Source of the DNA: an uncultured Methanosarcinales archaeon
Lineage (GTDB): Archaea > Nanobdellota > Nanobdellia > Woesearchaeales > GW2011-AR4
Assembly: GCA_964650285.1 (NCBI GenBank)
Contig: CAZYSP010000001.1
Location: 13,169-77,168, forward strand
Length of the DNA stretch: 64,000 nucleotides
Direction: 5' to 3'
Position numbers and translations under genes: made by a program. Each line of letters opens with the position of its first letter. Position 1 is the first letter of the stretch. Positions 38,795-48,209 of the stretch are shown in pieces. The notes under the pieces are model-generated. The model had not been told where the DNA came from and searched no databases. It saw nothing but the letters and a program-made list of their open reading frames with translations.

Positions 38795-39367
38795 ATGAAA
38801 CAGACATTAAAACAGGAAATTTCTGGAAAAAGAAAAACACTTAGTAAAGAAGAAGTTATTAAGAAAAGCAAGTTAATAAAGAAAAATCTATGTTCTTTAT
38901 CTGAATTTAAGAAAGCCAGGAATATTATGTTCTATGTTTCTTTTAATAATGAGGTTGATACGCATGAGGTTATTAAAGAACTGTTAAGCGAGAAAGAAAA
39001 AAATATTATTGTTCCATATGTATTAAAAAACAATCCAATCCTGCAACTTTCTGAAATAAGAGATTTTAATGAATTAGAACCTAAAAGTTTTGGTATTTTA
39101 GAGCCGAGAGAACTTTACATTAGAGAATTCAATCCTAATAAAATTGATTTGGTTATATTGCCTGGCTTGGTGTTTGACAAAAAAGGATGCAGAGTAGGCT
39201 ATGGATATGGATATTATGACAGGTTTCTTAAAAAAGTTAAGAAGGTGAAAAAAATCGGGCTTGCTTTTGAATTGCAGTTAGTTGATGAAATTCCTAAAGA
39301 AAAGCATGATGTTCCTGTCGATATTCTGGTTACTGAAAAAAGAGTTCTCAAATGTAGTGGGAAATAA
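38795..39367 (+). CDS. 5-formyltetrahydrofolate cyclo-ligase (MTHFS)
   Basis: 'ILPGLVFDKKGCRVGYGYGYYDRFL' is the 5-FTHF cyclo-ligase signature. Confidence 0.75.
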   Translation: MKQTLKQEISGKRKTLSKEEVIKKSKLIKKNLCSLSEFKKARNIMFYVSFNNEVDTHEVIKELLSEKEKNIIVPYVLKNNPILQLSEIRDFNELEPKSFGILEPRELYIREFNPNKIDLVILPGLVFDKKGCRVGYGYGYYDRFLKKVKKVKKIGLAFELQLVDEIPKEKHDVPVDILVTEKRVLKCSGK

Positions 39368-39370
39368 AAA

Positions 39371-40246
39371 ATGCCTAAGTTAATGCAAAGAAAACCGGAT
39401 TGGTTCAAGATTAAACTGCCAACTGGAGAAAAGTATAGTGAAGTAAAAGGTTTAGTAAAGACAAATAGATTGAATACTATATGCGAGGAAGCTAAATGCC
39501 CAAATATTTCTGAGTGTTGGAGTCATGGAACTGCTACTTTTCTTATTTTAGGGCATGTTTGTACAAGATATTGCAGCTATTGTAATGTTAAGACTGGAAA
39601 ACCTTTAGATGTTGATGCTGATGAAGGAAAAAAAGTTGCTGACAGTGTTAAGAAACTGGGCTTAAGGTATGTTGTTGTAACTTCTGTAACAAGGGATGAT
39701 TTAGAAGATGGTGGTGCTTCATTGTATGTTGATGTAATAAAAGAAATTAAGAAAGTAAGCTCATGTAAAGTTGAGTTATTGATTCCGGATTTGAAAACAA
39801 AAGATGGAATTGATGTTGATGCTTTAAAAAAAATAATTGATGCAAAACCAGATGTTCTTGGTCATAATATTGAAGCAGTAAGAAGTGTTTTTTCAGAAGT
39901 AAGAAAAGGTGGTAATTATGATGTTTCATTGGAGTTATTAAAAAAAATAAAAGAAATTGATGCTGATATGAGAACAAAATCGGGGATTATGGTTGGTTTT
40001 GGTGAAAGTTTTGATGAGATTAAAGAAACAATGCAGGATTTAAGGGATGTTGGTGTTGATTTTTTAACAATAGGGCAGTATTTGCAGCCTTCTGAGAAGC
40101 ATGCTAAAATCATCAGGTTTTACAGGCCAGAAGAATTTGAAGAATTAAAGAAAATCGGTTTGGAAATGGGATTTAAGCATGTTGAAGCTGGGCCATTGGT
40201 TAGGAGCTCTTACAGGGCTGATAAGCTGAATTCATTGATACAATAA
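39371..40246 (+). CDS. lipA: Lipoyl synthase
   Basis: 'CEEAKCPNISECW' (auxiliary cluster) and 'CTRYCSYCNV' (radical-SAM CxxxCxxC). Confidence 0.9.
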   Translation: MPKLMQRKPDWFKIKLPTGEKYSEVKGLVKTNRLNTICEEAKCPNISECWSHGTATFLILGHVCTRYCSYCNVKTGKPLDVDADEGKKVADSVKKLGLRYVVVTSVTRDDLEDGGASLYVDVIKEIKKVSSCKVELLIPDLKTKDGIDVDALKKIIDAKPDVLGHNIEAVRSVFSEVRKGGNYDVSLELLKKIKEIDADMRTKSGIMVGFGESFDEIKETMQDLRDVGVDFLTIGQYLQPSEKHAKIIRFYRPEEFEELKKIGLEMGFKHVEAGPLVRSSYRADKLNSLIQ

Positions 40247-40344
40247 AAAAATTCCAATAAAGTTAAGAAACATAATACTGATTATTTGATTAAGATAAAA
40301 ATTAATTTACAATTAGAAAATAAAAACGCAATAAAAATAAAATA

Positions 40345-40478
40345 AAAAACATCATTACTGCGACGCAAAATGCTTGATTTATTAATAATAAAATTTCAAT
40401 GTCCAAAAGAAATAAAGTTAAAAATAAAATAATGAATTAATAAATAATTGTGAATCATAAGATAAAAATTAATGAAAA
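40345..40478 (+). repeat. Conserved intergenic element with GC cores (M-c/M-d copy 2)
   Basis: 'AAAAACATCATTACTGCGACGCAAAATGCTTGATTTATTAATAATAAAATTTCAATG...AAAATAAAATAATGAATTAATAAATAATTGTGAATCATAAGATAAAAATTAATG', immediately 5' of the lplA ATG. Confidence 0.6.
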
Positions 40479-41279
40479 ATGAAATGCAGATTTATTGATA
40501 CTGGGTTTAATGATGCTTTTTTTAATATGGCTATAGATGAGGCTATTTTGCATTATTGTAAAATTCCTGTTTTAAGGGTTTATGGCTGGAAACCTGCTGG
40601 AGTATCTATTGGATACAATCAGGATTTACATAAAGAAATAAACATTGATTACTGCAAAAAAAACAATATAGATGTAGTAAGGAGAGTAAGTGGTGGTAAA
40701 GCGGTTTTTCATGACAAGGAACTAACTTACAGTTTCATTATTCCAGAGAGCATTAATTTATTACCAAGAGAAATTAATGAATCATACAAAGAAATAGCAA
40801 AAGCATTGGTTTTGGCATTTGAAAAATTAGGCATTAAAGCGGAAATAAAAAAAATTCCAGAGAGGATTGCAACTTCTATATGCTTTAACAGCTCAAACTG
40901 GTATGAGTTGTTGATTAATGGGAAAAAAATTTCTGGTTCTGCACAAAGAAGGATGGATGGAAAGATACTGCAGCATGGCTCAATACTTTTAGATTTTGAT
41001 TATGAGAAAAATAGCTTGTTATTTAATTCTAATAATTTAATTGACAATATTAATAATTTAAGAAAAAGGATTACATCATTAAAAAAAGAATTGAATAAAT
41101 CAATAGATTACAGTGAGCTTGGTTCTGCATTAAAATCTGGTTTTAGGGAGAATTTTGATTTTGATTTAATTGATGATTCTTTAACAAATGAAGAGATTAT
41201 TTTGGCTGAGAAATTAAGGAAAGAGAAGTATTTGACAGAAGAATGGAATTACAAATTGATATGGGAAAATTTAATATAA
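40479..41279 (+). CDS. lplA: Lipoate-protein ligase A (BPL/LPL catalytic domain)
   Basis: 'RRVSGGKAVFHD','GKKISGSAQRR' are LplA/LipB-family motifs. Confidence 0.8.
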   Translation: MKCRFIDTGFNDAFFNMAIDEAILHYCKIPVLRVYGWKPAGVSIGYNQDLHKEINIDYCKKNNIDVVRRVSGGKAVFHDKELTYSFIIPESINLLPREINESYKEIAKALVLAFEKLGIKAEIKKIPERIATSICFNSSNWYELLINGKKISGSAQRRMDGKILQHGSILLDFDYEKNSLLFNSNNLIDNINNLRKRITSLKKELNKSIDYSELGSALKSGFRENFDFDLIDDSLTNEEIILAEKLRKEKYLTEEWNYKLIWENLI

Positions 41280-41378
41280 ATTTTCCCTAGTTCAGTAAAG
41301 TTTTCACTACGTTCAAACTTTATAAACTAACAAAAACTATTTAAATAAAGTTGAATTTGGGTTTTTCAGGGTGGTTTA

Positions 41379-42680
41379 ATGTATGATATGATGGCTTCTA
41401 TTGAAAAGTCTGATTCTAAGGTATATGAGATTATAAAAAAAGAAGTTGAGAGGATGAAGAATGGTGTTGAGTTAATTCCTTCTGAGAATGTTGTCAGCAA
41501 AGCTGTGCTGCAGGCAATGGGTTCTGTTTTAACTAATAAATATTCAGAAGGCTATCCTCACAAGAGGTATTATGGCGGAAATGAGATTATTGATATGGCA
41601 GAAGACTTGGCTATTGAAAGAGCCAAGAAGCTTTTTGGAGCAGAGCATGTTAATGTACAGCCATATTCAGGAAGCCCTGCTAACCAGGCTGTTTTCTTTG
41701 CTTTGCTGAACTTAAAGGATACTTTTATGGGTTTTGACTTAAGCGCAGGCGGTCATTTAACGCATGGAAGCCCTGTTAATTTTTCCGGTAAAAACTATAA
41801 TTGTGTTGCTTATAATGTTGATAAGGAAACTGAGTTACTAGATTATGATAAGATTAAGAAGCAGGCAGAAAAAGTAAAGCCCAAGATGATTATTTCCGGG
41901 TTAACTGCTTATCCAAGGAAAATAGATTTTAAGGCTTTTCAGGAAATTTGTGATTCTGTTGGTGCTTATCATATGGCTGATATTGCGCATATAGCTGGAT
42001 TATGCGCTACTGGTGTTCATGAAAATCCTGTTAGGTATACTGATATTGTTACAACCACTACACATAAAACTTTGCGCGGTCCAAGAGGAGCAATGATAAT
42101 GTGCAAGATTGAGGATAAATTTGATAAGAATGGGAAGAAAAATCTTGCGCAGAAAATTGATTCTGCTGTTTTTCCGGGCTTACAGGGAGGTCCTCATGAC
42201 AATGTTAATATTGCAAAAGCAGTTGCATTTGGAGAGGATTTAAAGCCTGAGTTTAAGGTTTATTGCAGGCAGATTGTAAAAAATGCCAAGGTTTTGGCAG
42301 ATTCTTTGATGAGTAATGGTTTAGAGCTTGTAACTAACGGGACTGACAACCATCTGATGGTCATCAAGCTTGTAAACAAAGGTTTGACTGGTAAGGGGAA
42401 AGAGGTGCAGAATGCATTAGATAAAGCAGGAATAACTATAAATAAGAATACTGTACCATATGAGCCTGGAAGTCCGTTTCATCCTTCAGGAATAAGGTTA
42501 GGGACACCAGCTGTAACAACAAGAGGAATGAAAGAAAGTGAAATGAAAGTTATTGGTAAAAGCATAGCAAAAGTAATTGATAATTTAGATGATAATAAGG
42601 TTATTGGAAATGTTAAAAAGGATATACTGGAATTATGCAAAAGGTTTCCGCTTTATCCGGGATTTGATATTTTAAAATGA
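41379..42680 (+). CDS. glyA: Serine hydroxymethyltransferase
   Basis: 'LIPSENVVS','NKYSEGYP','TTTTHKTLRGPRG' (PLP-Lys). Confidence 0.9.
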   Translation: MYDMMASIEKSDSKVYEIIKKEVERMKNGVELIPSENVVSKAVLQAMGSVLTNKYSEGYPHKRYYGGNEIIDMAEDLAIERAKKLFGAEHVNVQPYSGSPANQAVFFALLNLKDTFMGFDLSAGGHLTHGSPVNFSGKNYNCVAYNVDKETELLDYDKIKKQAEKVKPKMIISGLTAYPRKIDFKAFQEICDSVGAYHMADIAHIAGLCATGVHENPVRYTDIVTTTTHKTLRGPRGAMIMCKIEDKFDKNGKKNLAQKIDSAVFPGLQGGPHDNVNIAKAVAFGEDLKPEFKVYCRQIVKNAKVLADSLMSNGLELVTNGTDNHLMVIKLVNKGLTGKGKEVQNALDKAGITINKNTVPYEPGSPFHPSGIRLGTPAVTTRGMKESEMKVIGKSIAKVIDNLDDNKVIGNVKKDILELCKRFPLYPGFDILK

Positions 42681-43519
42681 CTGCAAAAATAATTGATGGG
42701 AAGGCTTTGTCATTAAAGTTTCTTAATGATGTTAGGAAGAAGGCTGCTAATGTAAAACCCGGGTTGGCTATTGTTATTGTAGGGAATAATCCTGCTTCTG
42801 AGATTTATGTAGGCCTTAAGGAGAAAAAATCCAAGGAAATCGGATTTTATGTTGAAAGGTATAATCTGGATGAAAATGTTAAACAGGATGAATTGCTTAA
42901 GTTAGTTGATGAATTGAACCAGAACAGGAAAATAAATGGGTTTATTGTTCAACTGCCATTGCCTAAGCATATTGATGAGAATCTTGTAATTGATTCAATA
43001 CTGCCTCACAAGGATGTAGATGGATTTACTCCTGTTAGTTTAGGAAATTTGGTTAATGACAATAATTTATTACTGCCGGCTACTGCCAGGGCTTGTTTAG
43101 AGCTGATTAAGTCTACTGGTGTTGAGATTAAAGGCAAGAATGCAGTTGTTGTTGGCAGAAGCAATATTGTTGGAAAGCCAACTGCTTTACTTTTATTGCA
43201 GGAAAATGCTACTGTTACTGTTTGCCATTCAAAAACTAAAGATCTTAAGGAATTTACTAAAAATGCTGATATTCTGGTTGTTGCGGTTGGAAAAGCAAAG
43301 ATGCTCAAGAAAAACATGGTCAAAAAAGGTGCAGTAGTAATTGATGTCGGAATAAACAGAACTGCTTTTGGAATTGTTGGAGATGTTGATTTCGAAAACG
43401 TAAAAGAAGTTTCTGGTTTTATTACTCCGGTTCCCGGTGGAGTTGGACCAATGACAATTGCTATGCTTCTTGATAATACTTTGAAAGCTAGGGAGTTGAG
43501 GAAGGGGCTTAAGTTTTAG
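42677..43519 (+). CDS. folD: Bifunctional 5,10-methylene-THF dehydrogenase/methenyl-THF cyclohydrolase
   Basis: 'KIIDGKALS','LAIVIVGNNPASEIYV','VVGRSNIVGKP','GGVGPMTIAML'. Confidence 0.9.
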   Translation: MTAKIIDGKALSLKFLNDVRKKAANVKPGLAIVIVGNNPASEIYVGLKEKKSKEIGFYVERYNLDENVKQDELLKLVDELNQNRKINGFIVQLPLPKHIDENLVIDSILPHKDVDGFTPVSLGNLVNDNNLLLPATARACLELIKSTGVEIKGKNAVVVGRSNIVGKPTALLLLQENATVTVCHSKTKDLKEFTKNADILVVAVGKAKMLKKNMVKKGAVVIDVGINRTAFGIVGDVDFENVKEVSGFITPVPGGVGPMTIAMLLDNTLKARELRKGLKF

Positions 43520-43537
43520 AGAAAAGAATTAATAATG

Positions 43538-44023
43538 TTAAGGTTTTAATACATATGAAGAGAAAGCTTTAGATATTCTGCTGTTATAAATGGTTTCAGA
43601 TAAAGAATTCAAAAATTTGCTTCTTGGTATATAATACCACTTACCACTCATTTCAAGTTTGTTCCATTTTTCTTTATCTGAATCTTTATCTGAATTCTTA
43701 TATGCAACCTCAAATCTAGCCAAACCAGTGTCTATACCTAATGAAGTAATTATAAATCCCAGAGTAAGATTATAATCACCATTTATGGCACTTGTAAATG
43801 ACAGTAACTTAGCAATATCTGAACCTATAGCAACAACATCTAATGCGCGTGTTCTAACAAAAGTCTCCAAGTTTGGTTTAGGTATTGGTATATTCATTTT
43901 AATATGAGGTAATCCTACTGAATATTTAAAATTATTGAAAACTACTTTATCAAATTCCACCCCCAAAACCTTTATAAACTTCCATAATTTCTCTTTATTA
44001 CCGGTGGTTGTGTTGTTAAACAT
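43538..44023 (-). CDS. Hypothetical protein (start uncertain)
   Basis: A 187-aa minus-strand ORF fills the 416-nt folD-purN gap. Its N-terminal 26 codons are antisense to the purN 5' region, so the start is set at Met27 (44023). No motif recognised. Confidence 0.3.
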   Translation of the reverse strand: MFNNTTTGNKEKLWKFIKVLGVEFDKVVFNNFKYSVGLPHIKMNIPIPKPNLETFVRTRALDVVAIGSDIAKLLSFTSAINGDYNLTLGFIITSLGIDTGLARFEVAYKNSDKDSDKEKWNKLEMSGKWYYIPRSKFLNSLSETIYNSRISKAFSSYVLKP

Positions 44024-44654
44024 CGGGGTACTGGCATCTACGAGGGCAAGTGATTTGCAGGCTATAATTGATGCTATAGAAGCCAAGGAGCTTAATGTCA
44101 AGATTTCTGTTGTTGTTTCTGATAAGAAAGATGCTTATGCTCTGGAAAGGGCTAAGAAGCATGGTATTGAGGCTGTTTTTATTGATGCCAAGGCAGAAGA
44201 TATTCTTGCTGTTAAGGATAAAGAGGAAAGAAGAGAGGCTTTTGACAGAAAAGTTGCAGCAGAACTGGAAAAACATGATGTTGAGCTGATTCTGGCTATT
44301 GGCTATATGAGAATCATAGGCCAGTGGCTTGTGGATAAATTCAGAAACAAGATAATAAATATTCATCCTTCTTTACTGCCGGCATTTGCAGGCGGAATGG
44401 ACAAGGATGTCCACAAAGATGTTCTTGAATCAGGTGTAAAGGAAACAGGATGTACACTGTTTTTTATTGATGAAACTGTTGATGCAGGACCGGTAATATT
44501 CAAGAAAAAGGTTGATGTAGAAGAAAATGAAACTGTAGATACATTAAAAGAAAAAGTGCAAAAAGCAGAGCAGGAAGTACTAATAAGGGCAATAAAATTA
44601 TATGATGGAGGAAAGCTAAAAGTTGAGAATGGCAAGGTGGAAATTGTAGAATGA
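44013..44654 (+). CDS. purN: Phosphoribosylglycinamide formyltransferase
   Basis: '(M)LNIGVLASTRASDLQAIIDA' aligns with the PurN N-terminus (IAVLASGRGSNLQAII). 'INIHPSLLPAFAG','GCTLFFIDETVDAGPVI'. The start is probably the TTG at 44013 (or GTG 44004/44010); the ATG at 43935 would add an atypical 26-aa extension. Confidence 0.7.
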   Translation: MLNIGVLASTRASDLQAIIDAIEAKELNVKISVVVSDKKDAYALERAKKHGIEAVFIDAKAEDILAVKDKEERREAFDRKVAAELEKHDVELILAIGYMRIIGQWLVDKFRNKIINIHPSLLPAFAGGMDKDVHKDVLESGVKETGCTLFFIDETVDAGPVIFKKKVDVEENETVDTLKEKVQKAEQEVLIRAIKLYDGGKLKVENGKVEIVE

Positions 44655-46156
44655 AAACAGCATTAATATCAGTCTCAAACAAAACAGGCATTGTGGAATT
44701 TGCCCGCGGCTTAAAAAAATCAGGAATAAAAATACTGTCAACAGGCGGAACTGCTAAATTACTGAAGAAAAACAACATCAAAGTAACGCAGATTTCTAAA
44801 TACATAAGAAGCAAGGAAATGTTTGAAGGGAGAGTAAAAAGTTTACATCCAAAAATATATGCAGGAATCCTAGCTGTAAGAAAAAACAAAGAACATATGA
44901 AGGAATTAAAAAACAACAATATTGATCCAATAGACATTGTTGTTGTAAATCTTTACCCTTTTGAGGAAACTGTTGGGAAAAAAGCATCTTTTAAGCAAGC
45001 AATTGAAAATATTGACATTGGAGGCCCAACTTTAGTAAGGGCTGCTGCAAAAAACTTCCAGGATGTCGCAATCGTAGTTGATCCGGATGATTACAACGAT
45101 GTATTAAGAGGAAAAATAAGCAAAGAAAATCTGGCTTTAAAGGCTTTTGAGCATACTGCAAGGTATGGTGCAATAATAAACAATTATTTCAACAATAAAT
45201 TCGGGAGGAAATTCCCGGACACATTAAACTTAACTTTCAAAAAAGTGCAGGACTTAAGGTATGGTGAAAATCCGCACCAAAAAGGAGCCTTCTATAAAGA
45301 CCCTTTCATAGATGAATGCTGCATAACAAATGCAAAGCAGCTGCATGGGAAAGAATTATCTTACAATAATCTCTTAGACATGGAAAATGCTTTTGAATTG
45401 ATTAAAGAATTTACAACACCTAGTGTGGCTATAATAAAACACAATAATCCGTGCGGAATTGCTTCAAGAAAAACAATTAATGAGGCGTATAAAGCAGCAT
45501 TGGAAGCCGATCCGTTATCTGCTTTTGGCTCAATAGTAGCTTTGAACAGGAATTGCGACAAAAAAGCAGCCGAGGCAATAAAGCCCCATTTTGTAGAAGT
45601 GGTTATCTGCCCTAAATTTGATAAATATGCCTTAGACATATTAAAACAAAAAAAGAATGTAAGGCTTATGGAAACTGGTTCAATAACAAAGCCGTGTCCG
45701 GGTTATGCTATGACAAAAGTAACTGGGGGCTTGCTGATGCAGACAAGAGACCATATGAAGATATCTGAAAAAAATCTTAAGGTTGTGAGCAAAAGGAAGC
45801 CAACCAAAAAGGAAATAGAAGATATGATTTTTGCATTTAAGGTAAACAAGCATGTTAAATCCAATTCAATAGTTTTTGTAAAAAATAATGTAACAACGGG
45901 CATTGGTGCAGGACAGACATCAAGAGTGGATGCTGTTAAGATAGCTGCAGATAAATCTAAAGGTGCATCAAAAGACTCTGTAATGTCATCTGATGCTTTT
46001 TTTCCATTTAGGGATGGAATTGATGAAGCGGCAAAAGCCGGAATAACAGCAGTAATACAGCCAGGAGGCTCTATAAGGGATAAGGATGTAATAGATACTG
46101 TCAATGAATATAATATGGCAATGGTATTTACAGGCATCAGGTTGTTTAGGCATTAG
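44651..46156 (+). CDS. purH: Bifunctional AICAR transformylase / IMP cyclohydrolase
   Basis: An N-terminal MGS-like domain ('ALISVSNKTGIVEFA','STGGTAKLL') and a C-terminal AICARFT domain ('KHNNPCG','GIGAGQTSRVD'). 4-nt overlap with purN. Confidence 0.9.
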   Translation: MKTALISVSNKTGIVEFARGLKKSGIKILSTGGTAKLLKKNNIKVTQISKYIRSKEMFEGRVKSLHPKIYAGILAVRKNKEHMKELKNNNIDPIDIVVVNLYPFEETVGKKASFKQAIENIDIGGPTLVRAAAKNFQDVAIVVDPDDYNDVLRGKISKENLALKAFEHTARYGAIINNYFNNKFGRKFPDTLNLTFKKVQDLRYGENPHQKGAFYKDPFIDECCITNAKQLHGKELSYNNLLDMENAFELIKEFTTPSVAIIKHNNPCGIASRKTINEAYKAALEADPLSAFGSIVALNRNCDKKAAEAIKPHFVEVVICPKFDKYALDILKQKKNVRLMETGSITKPCPGYAMTKVTGGLLMQTRDHMKISEKNLKVVSKRKPTKKEIEDMIFAFKVNKHVKSNSIVFVKNNVTTGIGAGQTSRVDAVKIAADKSKGASKDSVMSSDAFFPFRDGIDEAAKAGITAVIQPGGSIRDKDVIDTVNEYNMAMVFTGIRLFRH

Positions 46157-46189
46157 ATTTATATATAACATATTTTTTTCTTTGGTAAA

Positions 46190-46450
46190 ATGGGCGAAAA
46201 AAAATATATATTACAGCATGACAGGCCTAATTGCATTGGATGTGGAGCTTGTGAGGCAGTTGCTCCTGATTTCTGGGAGATGAATGATGATGGCAAGTCT
46301 GATATCAAAGGGGGCAAACATCTTGACAATGAATGGCAGGAGCTTGAGATTGAAGAAAAGGACCTTGCAATAAATAAAGATGCAGCAGACTCATGCCCGG
46401 TTAATGTCATACATATAATCAAGAAGGGCAGTAAGGAGAAGATAATTTAA
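46190..46450 (+). CDS. Small single-cluster ferredoxin
   Basis: 'CIGCGACEAVAP...CPVNVI' is a ferredoxin-type Cys pattern. Confidence 0.55.
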   Translation: MGEKKYILQHDRPNCIGCGACEAVAPDFWEMNDDGKSDIKGGKHLDNEWQELEIEEKDLAINKDAADSCPVNVIHIIKKGSKEKII

Positions 46451-46498
46451 TTATTATTTCTGATTATAAAAACCTTAATAAATACATGTAGCTTATTT

Positions 46499-46696
46499 GT
46501 GAGTATGAAATGCCCTAAATGCAAATCAAGTAATGTAAAGATAGTTGATTATCTTAGTGCTAAGTGTATTAAATGCAATGATTGCGGTTTTGATGAAACT
46601 AAACAATATGATGTTTATCCTGAAGAAAAGAAATCACAAAAAGAGAAAGGAAAATACACACCGTACAAGGCCGGGGGATTTAAACGCACAAAATGA
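46499..46696 (+). CDS. Zinc-ribbon small protein
   Basis: 'CPKCKS...CIKCNDCG' Cys4 ribbon plus a basic tail. Its stop overlaps the ispH start by 4 nt. Confidence 0.4.
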   Translation: MSMKCPKCKSSNVKIVDYLSAKCIKCNDCGFDETKQYDVYPEEKKSQKEKGKYTPYKAGGFKRTK

Positions 46697-47601
46697 ATAT
46701 TATAGTTGCAAAGCATGCAGGATTTTGTTCTGGAGTTAAGAATGCAATAGATACAGCAGAAGAAGTTGCATCAGGGAAAAACGAGATTTATGTTTATGGG
46801 CAGCTGGTGCATAATGAAAGGGTCATCAGGGATTTAGAGAAAAAAGGGATAAAATTTGCAGATGATATTGAGGATATTCCTGAAAATTCTGTTACAGTGC
46901 TCAGGGCACATGGCGAACCCGGAACAACTTATGAAAAATTAAAGCAGAAGAATATTTTTGGTGATAAGCTTAAGGATGCCACATGCCCTTTAGTAAAATT
47001 AGTCCATAATGTTGCAATTAAACTGAAAGATAATGGCTATGAGGTAATAATATTCGGCAAGAAAGACCATCCGGAATCTATAGGCATAAGCTATTACATA
47101 AAAGGAAAAGATACATTAATTGTTGAAAATCCTGAAGATGCGTCTTCTGTTGTTGAGTACATAAATCAGCTTGAAAAAGCTGCTATAATTTCACAAACAA
47201 CAATGTCTGTTACAGGCTATAAGCAATTGATAGACAATATTAACAGGTTGTCTGATAAAAAATTTGAGCAATTGCATTTAAGCCTTAAAGATATTCGAAA
47301 TAATTTTGTTTTTGTGGATACAATATGCAATCCTACCAAGCAAAGACAATCAGATACAGAAGATATTGCAAAAAAGGCGGATGTAATGATTGTTATTGGC
47401 AGTAAAAAATCAAGCAATTCAAAAGAATTAGCAACAAAAAGTGAAGAGTTGGGTGTAGAAACTTACTTTATACAATCTTCAGAGCGGTTGAAAAAAGAGT
47501 GGTTTGAAAATAAAGAAAATGTTGGTGTTACTGCAGGAGCTTCTACTCCTGATATTACTATTAATGAGGTTGTTGAGAAGATAAAGAAGCTTACTTTGTA
47601 A
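46693..47601 (+). CDS. ispH: 4-hydroxy-3-methylbut-2-enyl diphosphate reductase (IspH/LytB)
   Basis: All three cluster Cys contexts ('GFCSGV','ATCPLV','DTICNPT'), 'VHNERV', 'AHGEP', 'DHPES', 'SQTTMS', 'VIGSKKSSNSKEL', 'GVTAGASTPD'. Confidence 0.85.
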   Translation: MNIIVAKHAGFCSGVKNAIDTAEEVASGKNEIYVYGQLVHNERVIRDLEKKGIKFADDIEDIPENSVTVLRAHGEPGTTYEKLKQKNIFGDKLKDATCPLVKLVHNVAIKLKDNGYEVIIFGKKDHPESIGISYYIKGKDTLIVENPEDASSVVEYINQLEKAAIISQTTMSVTGYKQLIDNINRLSDKKFEQLHLSLKDIRNNFVFVDTICNPTKQRQSDTEDIAKKADVMIVIGSKKSSNSKELATKSEELGVETYFIQSSERLKKEWFENKENVGVTAGASTPDITINEVVEKIKKLTL

Positions 47602-48046
47602 AGAATCCAGCTCTTTCAGGATCAAATTTCCATTCAGAAGCAAGCTTTCCTGTTTGTTTGTAATGCTTTGTCAGTGATTTTATCTTTGATTCTGTTAGTA
47701 TAAGACCATGTTTTGCTGTTTCATCTTTATGATTTGTTTCTAAATGCTTTCTTATTGCAACAGATCTTCTTATTAAAGATAATAAATCATCTGGAAGTTC
47801 AGGAGCTATTTTCTTTTCTTTTAATACAGCAGATATTTTTTTCTTGCACAAAAGCCTTACATCAGGAATTCCATAAGTATCTCTCAGCATAATACCTATT
47901 TCAGAAGAATTTTTGCCTTCTTTTGCTAATTTGACCATTAAAAGCTCAACTTCACTGGGCTTGTACCTTAGCCATACAGGCAAAACTTTCTTAATTGGCT
48001 TTTTAGAGCCACTTTTGCCATGTTTTTTTGAATATTTCCTTGCCAT
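47591..48046 (-). CDS. rps15: 30S ribosomal protein S15 (uS15, archaeal/S13e type)
   Basis: The characteristic N-terminal 'MARKYSKKHGKSGSKKP' and C-terminal S15 helical domain. Confidence 0.85.
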   Translation of the reverse strand: MARKYSKKHGKSGSKKPIKKVLPVWLRYKPSEVELLMVKLAKEGKNSSEIGIMLRDTYGIPDVRLLCKKKISAVLKEKKIAPELPDDLLSLIRRSVAIRKHLETNHKDETAKHGLILTESKIKSLTKHYKQTGKLASEWKFDPERAGFFTK

Positions 48047-48209
48047 TTTTATTAAACAATTATTACGGAAACAAAAGAGAATTATTTTGTCTCCAGCATA
48101 GACAAGCTAGTGAATTCAAATTCGCCAGAATTTATGGCGAGCCACTAACCGATCTATCTCTTGATGGAATTTGGAATTATTAGGGGGTTTATAAATGTTA
48201 TTGAAAAGT

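Noticed and set aside
44363-46422. Several 60-145-aa minus-strand ORFs inside purN/purH
   Set aside because: Antisense to well-supported genes and low complexity. Rejected as shadow ORFs.
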